From contig JADGIF010000396.1 of NCBI GenBank assembly GCA_018985225.1, positions 1-9,374 on the forward strand: DNA of 9,374 nucleotides, written 5' to 3'. Under the pieces are notes generated by a model. That model did no database searches, was not told the origin of the DNA, and saw only the letters and a list, made by a program, of their open reading frames with translations. The position numbers and the translations under genes were made by a program. Positions 1 to 8,489 of the stretch are shown piece by piece. This DNA comes from Amoeboradix gromovi X-113. Its lineage: Eukaryota > Fungi > Sanchytriomycota. Every line of letters starts with the position of its first letter. Position 1 is the first letter of the stretch.

Positions 1-178
1 AGCTGTACAGAATATTTATTTTTGAAATTTCGATACAAAAAGTTATTTATTTTCCTTTTATACTCGTCAACTCCGCAACTAGCTGCATGTCCACTCGCCT
101 CTTAAATCCATAAAATTAATAAAGCTGAAATAGTGCTCCAGGTTGTTACTGAAAGTTAGTCTAGTTTTTATATTTGAT
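1..178. repeat. Left arm of a long inverted repeat bracketing the window
   Basis: Bases 1-178 match the reverse complement of 9187-9363. Manual alignment gives substitutions at 18, 86, 123, 133, 141, 150, 162 and 164 and a 1-nt indel at 136 (~95% identity). Confidence 0.97.
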
Positions 179-299
179 ATAATATGCTCAAAATAAAAAA
201 TTGAATGCTAATATTAAGTCCATAGCATCTACCTTATTTATTTAAATCAAACTGATAGCTTCATGTATATGTGCATATCTCTGACAGATGGAACATACC

Positions 300-326
300 G
301 GACATCAAATATAAAAACTAGACTAA
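300..326. repeat. Third, short copy of the inner tip of the terminal repeat (GGACATCAAATATAAAAACTAGACTAA)
   Basis: 304-326 is the exact 23-nt reverse complement of 156-178. 300-326 is a 25/27 direct match to 9183-9209. Confidence 0.93.
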
Positions 327-360
327 ATTAGATTAAGTCTAGTAGGAGTCCCGTATATTA

Positions 361-520
361 TTACCCATGCATTACGTGAAAGATCTCTATTACCAGCTCC
401 TCTTCTTCTTTCCTCATATTTTTTGCCTCAATTTCCTCAAGAGTTCTCTTACATTAGACCAATTACTTCTCTGTATTTAAAGTCTTTGAAAACAGCCTTT
501 CTTGACTTCCTTCCTGCCAT
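361..520 (-). CDS. Candidate small spliced ORF, 46 aa (join 520-467, 447-361), or the 3' remnant of a decayed gene: MAGRKSRKAVFKDFKYRE|RTLEEIEAKNMRKEEEELVIEIFHVMHG
   Basis: ATG at 520. The first in-frame TAA lies inside a 19-nt GT-AG segment containing CTAAT. Removing it gives a K/R/E-rich reading frame that ends at TAA TAA. No recognisable homology. Confidence 0.25.
448..466 (-). other. Candidate 19-nt spliceosomal intron GTAATTGGTCTAATGTAAG
   Basis: Same length and GTAA donor as the two well-supported introns, with a CTAAT branch-like motif. The acceptor is AAG and there is no protein homology to anchor it. Confidence 0.4.
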
Positions 521-1102
521 ATCTAGATCTTAGAAAGGAAAAGTTCAAATGTAGTATTCGCAAATAAGCAGCTCGATTGTTTTCTTGAATAAATCATTTA
601 TCGCGAATTTGTATGCATTTTTATATAATTTCATGACTCCTCCTGTAGCCTAAATACTCGATATTCTTCCTTTTCACAAATGGTAAATGGAATTAATGGA
701 TGTAATCCCGAATATGTCAAATCTAAAGAAATGACTGGTAGAGCATAAATTGATCAACGTTGAGGAACTGATCCAGACATGGAACAATTAGATGTCTTTC
801 AATGCCTAGAAAGAGATCAACCATAAAAATAAACCTGTAAACCATTTATTTAATCCTTGTGATTAATCTTACTTAATATGCGAAAATAGAGACCATATGG
901 CAACAAGGAATATACACAAACATATGTATCCTTATTCAATCCCGCATCAGGGTAGTGAAAGCCTGAGCAATCACTGTAACCTAGCATCTAGCACTGCTAG
1001 TTTCTCTGTGGAAATTCTCGATTTTCTCGGAAATCAGGAATTTTAACGAGGAGTAAATCTATTGCTACTCTATAACTCCTCAAATACTAGTCAAATCCAT
1101 TT

Positions 1103-1372
1103 TTATCGATAATTTCTTTCTTCTACAATGTCTAGTACAATCCTATGTATCTTAAACGCCATCTTGACATCAAAATCTCCTAAAGTATAGATGCAGTATA
1201 TTTCACTGTCACAACTGTTCATCGGATTTATGTTTAAATCAACCACGGTTCCATCAAATGTGCTTAACAGTGTTTCTGCTATCCACAGACTTTCCTTCAT
1301 TCTAAATTGAGTATCCCTCAGAGAGGCCTTAGTTCGTAGGCTTGTAAAAACCACATAATCGAGAAGAATCAT
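1103..1372 (-). CDS. Hypothetical protein, 89 aa
   Basis: ATG-initiated ORF that overlaps no other gene and is divergent from the 1631 gene. No motif recognised. It could be a pseudogene fragment. Confidence 0.25.
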   Translation of the reverse strand: MILLDYVVFTSLRTKASLRDTQFRMKESLWIAETLLSTFDGTVVDLNINPMNSCDSEIYCIYTLGDFDVKMAFKIHRIVLDIVEERNYR

Positions 1373-1630
1373 GGCATTTGTGAAAAATCAAGTTTATGCA
1401 ATTTTCTAGAACATTGATAGGAGAGTTCAAGAGTTATTTATTGGTACTTTTAACTCAGCTTAGAGCCAAATTAGTAGTCTTTGTTGCTAAAGATACAGCT
1501 GGTTTATCTTACTGATTGATCACTTTATTTGAGTTTTCTGGTGCGCATTACGATTTTAGTTTTGGTGCGACAATCTGATAGAACTTCTGCAGTTTAGGTT
1601 TGATTAACTTTTTATGGGATTCGAACAAGC

Positions 1631-2335
1631 ATGGAGCATAGAATCAACTCTTTTTCTTTTTCTATCCGCTTTTACTCCAGTATATCCCAATTGTTTGAAA
1701 TGCTAGAAATATGGGATGAATTCTTAGAGCAATGGTATCTATTAGACTTGGATGCATTAGGCGTAAATGTTGTGTATCCATTTTCAGTATTTATCCATGC
1801 AATTCAACTACTGCCCGTAAAGCTGAATAAAGCCGACTCTCAAATATATTCTGATGTATGGGGCAGTGCATTTACTCTAGTAATGAACCTACATTTTACG
1901 CTAAAAATAATGGTTCTCATATTATCCAGTTTTAACACGTATTCTGTATTTCATCAGTTTAAGCAATACAACGTGTTGTATCCCATGAATACTGTGATTG
2001 AATCTCGAATAAGCTCGTCCAATACAGAATACATACTTAGTGTTTGGGAGCCTCGGCAGGTTCTTCTTCAATGCATGATTTGCATAAACCCATTGCACTC
2101 GATAATACACTTCAGTGATATACATTGGTATTACAAGTTTCTATTTATTGGATTAAGTGTCTTTTTCCAAAATCTTGTTGTTCAAAACTTTAAGCAGCTA
2201 ATAAAAGACAAACAAACATTATACGAGCTTGTTATGCAGGAATACAATGTCAAAATGGTGTATCCAATGCAGCAAATACTAAATGAAGAAGAGTATTCGT
2301 TGCTTGAGTCTCCGATTTCTAAGAAGCAAAAATAA
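1631..2335 (+). CDS. Nur1/Mug154-like (DUF2418) nuclear-rim membrane protein; true start may be the ATG at 1700
   Basis: Several hydrophobic segments plus a pattern I recall for this fungal family: F..FKQY.VL ... LSVWEP..VLL....INPLH.II ... F.QLIKDK..LYE.V..EYN.KMVYP. Recognised by eye, not by HMM. Confidence 0.7.
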   Translation: MEHRINSFSFSIRFYSSISQLFEMLEIWDEFLEQWYLLDLDALGVNVVYPFSVFIHAIQLLPVKLNKADSQIYSDVWGSAFTLVMNLHFTLKIMVLILSSFNTYSVFHQFKQYNVLYPMNTVIESRISSSNTEYILSVWEPRQVLLQCMICINPLHSIIHFSDIHWYYKFLFIGLSVFFQNLVVQNFKQLIKDKQTLYELVMQEYNVKMVYPMQQILNEEEYSLLESPISKKQK

Positions 2336-2912
2336 GTAAACTCTTGTATTGAAGTCTTAGAGTTATGAAAGTCTTGGTCCGAAGATACTGGCATGGCTAG
2401 TATCAAAATGCGACTCTCTTTAGATTTTGAATGAAAAGGGTTCACCTTTTCTTAAACAAACTGGATTCAATCAACCTTTACACGAAAGTTAATTGCTAAT
2501 GGCAGAATGGCGGCAAAAGGGTAAGAGAGATAGAATTGCTCATGATAGCATATCAGCTGTCATGTATTCTTGTGGCAAAGTTTGTAGACTTTATAAGGCA
2601 GCAAAGCTAACTAGGATATAACAAATTGTAAATTAGTCTGAAATCTATTTTTGAATTCCGGACTATATATAGTAACTCATTAATTTGGTAACATAGTTTG
2701 AAAGAACTAAAGCTTAGAAGTAGCGAAAATCTCGCAATTTATAATGCTCAAGAAATAGAGAATTAGGTAAGACAAACTATGTGAAATAAAGTAGATAAGA
2801 AAGACTGAGAAGCAAGCAGTATACAAATTGTAGTCTCTATGCTGCTTAAATAAGATCTGCGATTGATTTACAATGGAAACGACTCCGCTAGCAAGTGTTG
2901 TAGTTAATTTTC

Positions 2913-4314
2913 ATGACAAGCTCTCCTATTCAAAAAAGAAGGTTTTGGTATTTCAGGTCTTCTAAAATTAATGTTAGTTTAGCAGCCGGTTTAGGTTTAG
3001 CCAGCTTTTACTACAATCATGTAGCTACTTCAAATACAATAACCACCACTCCAGACAACGTAGATCATCCAATGCAAGGAAGATCGCGAAGTGCTTTTTT
3101 AAGCACAAGCGAAGCAGATGAAAAGCTTTCTCAGTACGCAAAGACATACAACATAGATAATTCTGTAATATCTGGTATTAGCATAAACAAGGTTGCAAGC
3201 AATGATCCAATTGAGGATAGGAACAATATATGGAACATTGGAAATGACCTACTTATCGGCGTATTTGATGGACACGCGGGGTATGAATGTAGTGCTGTGG
3301 TAAGTCAGAGCCTGGGTTCGTATGTTAAGAGAGCATATTATTTAAATTCAGATAGAAAATCAGCTCTTGAGCAGGCTTTTAATGCGCTCGATAGAGACAT
3401 AAGTGATGCTCCAAAACATTTCTTGAAAGCTCTGCCCAAGGATGCACACCCTAACGATACTTCGAAAATTGAAATTCGACAATTTATGGATGCACTGACG
3501 GTCGCTAGCAGTGGCAGTTGTGCTATTGCTGCATGGGTTACTGATACCAATATACACGTAGCTAATTCTGGAGATGCTCGGGCTATTGTGGGCACTTCTA
3601 ATAACAAATTTATAGAATTAAGTCATGATCAGACTCCAGATAATCCTGCTGAGTTAGAAAGACTTCAAAAAGAACATCCGGGTGAAGAAGATACAGTGGC
3701 ATCTCGTGGCAGAGTTCTAGGTGGCTTGATGCCAAGCAGATCGTTTGGGGATAATAATTACAAATGGGATAAGCCATTTTTAAAGCAAATGGTGGATTTC
3801 TTTCACTTGAAAAAAGACAGAAGTATACTATATAGATTCGTACCACACAACTATAAAACGCCACCTTACGTTACAGGTAAACTCTACTTATTTAGCAAAT
3901 CCGGAAATTGTAAGTTATAATCTAACGGCTAATGATCGATTTATGGTAATTGCTACAGATGGATTGTGGGAGAGGCTATCAAATCAGCAAGTAGTTGAGG
4001 CAGTTAATAGCTGGCTAGATGACAAGTCAAATGGCAATCAAGCCAAATTTGACAACGATCCGAGCACACATTTAATTCGGCTTTCATTCATTGAACCCTT
4101 GAACGACATCAAAGATCATACACCCGCCCAGAAATTGGCACTTCTTATGAGTATACCAAGCGATAAGAGTAGAAGTTATAGGGATGATATAACAATAACA
4201 ATTGTTCTTTTTAAGAATGAGCTAAACAAAAACATAAAGTTTGAAGGCAAGTATCAGTTTGATCAAAGAGATTTAAAGTGGCCAAGAGATATGCATATTC
4301 CAAGTAAACTTTAG
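2913..4314 (+). CDS. PTC5: PP2C-family phosphatase, pyruvate dehydrogenase phosphatase / Ptc5 type, 460 aa (join 2913-3876, 3896-4314)
   Basis: Exon 1 has the motifs [51 protein letters not shown] and YKTPPYVT. Exon 2 has [11 protein letters not shown] and [12 protein letters not shown]. Splicing the 19-nt intron yields the canonical [13 protein letters not shown]. Basic/hydroxylated N-terminus followed by a hydrophobic stretch; C-terminal SKL. Confidence 0.93.
3877..3895 (+). other. 19-nt spliceosomal intron GTAAACTCTACTTATTTAG (phase 1)
   Basis: GT-AG ends. Removal joins G|CA (Ala), puts the 3943-4314 ORF in frame and restores the conserved PPYVTAxPE motif. Confidence 0.9.
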
Positions 4315-4388
4315 GATATTTAATTTTCAATGAAACAGCTTCTCTTTGTTCAGGCACCTCGCTTAACTTACCCCGGCAATTTCGAAAC

Positions 4389-6210
4389 ATGGTTCCCTTT
4401 CCAGCTTTGGAGCACTTACTGGATCATGACAATCATTTGAATAGAAAAGAGTTAAGAAAGTTTTTGGCTACACCACTGTTTACACCTCGCTATAACATTA
4501 CCCTGAAGGAGCAGCGTGAACTGGCGCTGAAGAGACTAGGGAAAATCATGGGCAAGTATGTTAGTGTATATGACTTCAAAAACAACCCCCTGAATGTGTT
4601 AGCGGTACATGAGCTGATAGGAATGGTAGATGGTAGTACTGCAACAAAGCTAACAGTTCAATTGAATTTGTTTGGAGGATCAATGATGCAACTAGCAACC
4701 AAGAGGCACGAGCACATAGTAAGACAAATAGATACATTAGATATTGTGGGGTGCTTTGCTTTGACCGAGCTAGGATATGGGAACAACGCAATCGAAATGG
4801 AAACAACGGCACATTACAAGAATAACGAATTTATCATTAACACTCCAACACCTTTGGCTCAGAAATACTGGATTACAAACGGTGCGCTACATGCCCACTT
4901 TTGCATCGTATTTGCGCAAACTTTTGTGCACGGCAAATTGGAGGGAATAAATGCCTTTTTAGTTCCAATCCGTGACAAGTCACTGAACACACTAAATGGT
5001 GTTACAATTCACGATATGGGATATAAAATGGAGTGTAATGGTGTTGATAATGCTTTGCTTTCATTCAAAAATGTGATCATTCCGCAGTCTTACATGTTAA
5101 ACAAACATGCAGATGTGATTGATAATACATACAAAACTACTATTAAAGGTAACTTAAGAAATAGATTCTTAGCTGTAGCAGATCAGCTACTAGCAGGTAG
5201 ACTGTGCATTGCATCCATGTGTATGGGAGGCACTAAAACCTCTTTGTTTATTGCGATGAAATATGGATCAACTAGACTAACCGTTGGTCCAAAAGGGAAA
5301 TCAGACACGCCAATTTTGAGCTACCAGCTGCAACAGAATTCTTTGGTCCCCTTGTTAGCCAGAACAATTGCACTTAACGTTGGATTAAATGGAATCAAAG
5401 ATAAATGGGCTACAAATACATCAAACAATGGTGACTTGGTAAGGCTATGCTGCGTTATTAAGCCATTGGTTACTTGGAATCATCAACAAGTAGCCACTAT
5501 TTGTAGAGAAAGATGTGGTGGACAGGGGTATTTGTCATGTAATTATTTAGGATCTTCTATAGGATTCAGTCATGCAGGAATGACAGCTGAAGGAGACAAC
5601 TCAGTTTTGATGCAAAAAGTAGCCAAAGAGCTAATGGCAGCTGTTTCTGCTAAACAAGTTACGTATTCTGTCCAACTTGGGGAAGCTATAGACTTACGCA
5701 CAGACTTGGGATTGCTAAAAGTACTTATGCTGCAGGAGCTACAATATTACACCATTTTGTCGTCCAATATGGCTGCTAAATTGAAACAAGGCTCCACCTT
5801 GTTTGATATTTGGATGTTACAGGAGAGTGATAATATCCAAGGCTTATCAATGGCATATGGCGAAAGATGTTGTGCTGAGGAACTTTACAAGGTTATAAAG
5901 GAATGCAAAGATGGGCAGTTGAAGTAATCAAAACTAATTTAGGGAATTGCTGCAGCCAATTTACAGATTATATGTAGTAGATTTGTTGTTGAGAAATTTA
6001 GGATTTTTGACATTGCACTTGTTTACTAAACAAGACGTTGACACGTTACAAAATATGTTTTATTCATTGGTACATGAATTGGGACCAAACGCAACGAAAC
6101 TTAGTGAAAGTTTTGGTGTACATTTAGACATGATTAAAGCACCAATAGCTAACAATTGGGTGAAATACAACACTTTCGATAATAAAGGAGAGTTATTAGC
6201 AAAGTTATAG
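4389..6210 (+). CDS. ACOX: Peroxisomal acyl-CoA oxidase family protein, 600 aa (join 4389-5923, 5943-6210)
   Basis: Motifs [50 protein letters not shown] and [11 protein letters not shown]. Exon 2 supplies the C-terminal domain ([14 protein letters not shown]...APIA) and ends in the PTS1 tripeptide AKL. Confidence 0.92.
5924..5942 (+). other. 19-nt spliceosomal intron GTAATCAAAACTAATTTAG (phase 2)
   Basis: GT-AG ends, ACTAAT branch motif, and it contains the premature TAA. Removal gives AA|G GAA TTG CTG (QLKELLQ), in frame with the 5947-6210 ORF. Confidence 0.9.
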
Positions 6211-6579
6211 ACTAATAAACAGTTTTGATAAAATTTGGATTTCTAAGCTCTTTAAACTAGTGACAGAGTCTTATCATAGCGCAGCAAATAATGCTCTTTT
6301 GAGGGGGGCTCAACCAACTACTACTTCAAGAGAACATTTTCCAACTCTGAATCGGCAACTGACTTAAGGCACGTGGGCATGTCCCAATGAGTAGAAGACA
6401 CATCTCGTGCGAATATAAAGAATTTATTGCGTAGTGACCTCAACAAGTAAGATTCAGAGTCATTGAAAGTTAAATAACGTGTAATTGAGATTCGATTGGA
6501 AATGCATTTTTGGTTTCCTTGTACAAATTCTTGATCTTTCCGCAAGTTCAGCACCTTAATATGCGCGCTTTTGCTATGA

Positions 6580-8484
6580 TTATAATGGTTTATTCAATAT
6601 AAAAGATTCTATTCCTCCTGTCTCCACTAGTTTCTTGGCAATCCCATTCAATGGCATGCAATTAAATGTTTTATCGTTTACAATCACTTTACCAGCCGTG
6701 TTAAACGTTATTTTACTTAAAACTGATGTAGGCTTGTTTTCAGCTACAGTTCGCAAATATTCAACCAGTTCTGGCAAATCTATAGTTAACAACCCGTTGT
6801 TCAAGGCATTTCTTTTAAAAGTTTCTGAAAAACTACCGGCGAATACTATTGTAACACCGCAAGCCAATAATGCTGTGGCTGCTTGCTCTCTTGAGCTGCC
6901 TGTTCCAAAATTGTAGCCAGCAACTAAAAATTTGGTGTCGTTTAGCTTTTTCATTTTCTCTGCAAACAAGACATCGTAATTCTCCATTACTATATCCTTC
7001 ATTTTATCAGCTGTTATATTGTCTTGATACGTGTATTTTCCAGGATAGATTCCGTCAGTATTCACGTTATCATAATGTCCACAAAACACAATTGTTCCGC
7101 TCAATAATTCGCCGTCCGAGTTGTTTTGAACTTCGTTGTGCTCAATTTCACCATTAATAACTCGTGCTTTAATTATCGATTCATTCTCCTGGATGTTCTT
7201 CAGATGGTTAGGGGTGCATATGTATCCTTTTACGGCACTTGCAGCTACCACTTCTGGCGATGCCAAGTAGCATAGCGCTTCAGGGTGTCCCATGCGTCCC
7301 TTAAAGTTACGATTAGTGGCAGAAATGCCAACCTCTCCTTTCTTAAGGATACCTTGTCCTAGGCCGATACATGGGCCACATCCACTCATCAATGGCTTGC
7401 ATCCCGCATCTAACAGCACCTTCCAGTCCCCAGAAAGCTCTGCTTCTTTTTGGATGTTACTACTGGCTGGCGATACGTAAAATTCGACTTTAGAACTTAC
7501 TTTATTATTCTTTAGTACACTTGCAACTTTTTGTATATCCGAAAATCTAGAGTTTACACAGCTTACCAGATATGCCTTATTAATTGACACCTTTGAAGAT
7601 TGCATGCTAAGTACCGATGAGAATATCTTGACACTGTTAGGGCCACTCACATATGGACGAAGAGAGGAGAGGTCTAGGTTTAAAGTTTTGCAGTAGTTTG
7701 CATTGGAGTCCGCAGCTAAAGGTGCGATATTGGACAAAGATTGAGACGATAATCGAGGAGATTTGAACTTCTTCCCAAGATTTACCAAGTACTCGCTAGT
7801 AAGCGCATCGTAAGGAAACAGCCCTGCTAGTGCTCCCCATTCTGTAGTCATGTTAGCGATTGTTAGCCTGTCGTCAACAGATATGTTGGAAGGCGAAAAC
7901 TCAATAAAAGTATTCAAAACTTGATCTTTGTTAAAATAGCCACATAGGGCAATAATAACATCTTTTCCAACCACCCCATCAGGGAGCTTCCCAGTTAAGT
8001 TGACTTTCACAACCCTGGGCACCTTGAGCCATGTTTGACCTGTACACCAAACAGACAATGCGTCGGAGCGGACAATAGGTGTGCCCAATGCACCTATTCC
8101 ACCATACATGTTGCTGTGGCTGTCACTTGCAACAGTTAGAGTGTTCGGAAATGCATATCCCTCCTCAATCATGATTTGGTGACCAATCCCTCTACCAGCT
8201 GGATAAAAGTCAATATTGTGTAGACGAGCAAATTCTTCTATTCTGGTGTACTTTTCTTTATTATTTGGATTCTGAACGTCATGGTCTAAAGTAAAAACTA
8301 GTTGCTTTGGGTTGAAAATTCGTAATTTACGCTTTTTGTTCAACTCCTGGTATTTGTTAATCACTGCGCCGCTGTTATCATGGGTCATACAGCGGTAAGG
8401 AGAAATGCTAATAATATGGCCTTGTTTTACAGTACCTTTGGAATACCGTTGTAGAACCTTTTCAACCAACGACATTGAGGACAT
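6580..8484 (-). CDS. LYS4: Homoaconitase (fused large and small aconitase-family domains; alpha-aminoadipate lysine pathway), 634 aa
   Basis: Motifs CMTHDNS, LDHDVQN, GRGIGHQIMIEEGYAFP, VASDSHSNMYGG, SCVNSR, GCGPCIGLG (Fe-S cysteines), SATNRNFKGRMG, DNVNTDGIYPGKYTYQD and NFGTGSSREQAA. Confidence 0.96.
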   Translation of the reverse strand: MSSMSLVEKVLQRYSKGTVKQGHIISISPYRCMTHDNSGAVINKYQELNKKRKLRIFNPKQLVFTLDHDVQNPNNKEKYTRIEEFARLHNIDFYPAGRGIGHQIMIEEGYAFPNTLTVASDSHSNMYGGIGALGTPIVRSDALSVWCTGQTWLKVPRVVKVNLTGKLPDGVVGKDVIIALCGYFNKDQVLNTFIEFSPSNISVDDRLTIANMTTEWGALAGLFPYDALTSEYLVNLGKKFKSPRLSSQSLSNIAPLAADSNANYCKTLNLDLSSLRPYVSGPNSVKIFSSVLSMQSSKVSINKAYLVSCVNSRFSDIQKVASVLKNNKVSSKVEFYVSPASSNIQKEAELSGDWKVLLDAGCKPLMSGCGPCIGLGQGILKKGEVGISATNRNFKGRMGHPEALCYLASPEVVAASAVKGYICTPNHLKNIQENESIIKARVINGEIEHNEVQNNSDGELLSGTIVFCGHYDNVNTDGIYPGKYTYQDNITADKMKDIVMENYDVLFAEKMKKLNDTKFLVAGYNFGTGSSREQAATALLACGVTIVFAGSFSETFKRNALNNGLLTIDLPELVEYLRTVAENKPTSVLSKITFNTAGKVIVNDKTFNCMPLNGIAKKLVETGGIESFILNKPL

Positions 8485-8489
8485 GATCT

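Noticed and set aside
465-476. ATACAGAGAAG on the - strand resembling the U6 snRNA ACAGAGA box
   Set aside because: The following GATTAGCATGGCCCC core is absent with or without the intron.
947-969. CAGG-N5-GAAA-N5-AGCA resembling SRP RNA helix 8; also GGAAATTCTCG at 1010 resembling RNase P CR-I
   Set aside because: The helix 8 spacing is wrong, and no correctly formed CR-V/P4 partner was found.
2336-2354. 19-nt GT-AG (GTAAACTCTTGTATTGAAG) immediately after the Nur1-like stop codon, sharing 9 nt with the PTC5 intron
   Set aside because: No CTRAY-like branch motif and no reading-frame evidence. Cannot be supported without RNA data.
2431-2610. Short + strand ORF joinable by an 18-nt GTTAATTGCTAATGGCAG segment
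   Set aside because: Atypical donor, short product with no recognisable homology, and surrounding stop density near random.
3877-3920. Intron-retained PTC5 isoform ends in CKL, a PTS1-like tripeptide
   Set aside because: That product would lack the catalytic ATDG and RDD motifs, so this is probably coincidence.
4304-4314. GTAAACTTTAG: an 11-nt GT-AG whose removal would delete the SKL and stop codon and fuse PTC5 in frame to ACOX
   Set aside because: Shorter than any spliceosomal intron I know of, has no room for a branch point, and is fully explained by the codons for S-K-L-stop.
1922-7480. Short ORFs in the track at 1922, 2182, 3338, 3360, 3610, 4576, 6321, 6635, 6870 and 7292
   Set aside because: Antisense shadows of real genes or ORFs with non-ATG starts, with no recognisable motifs.
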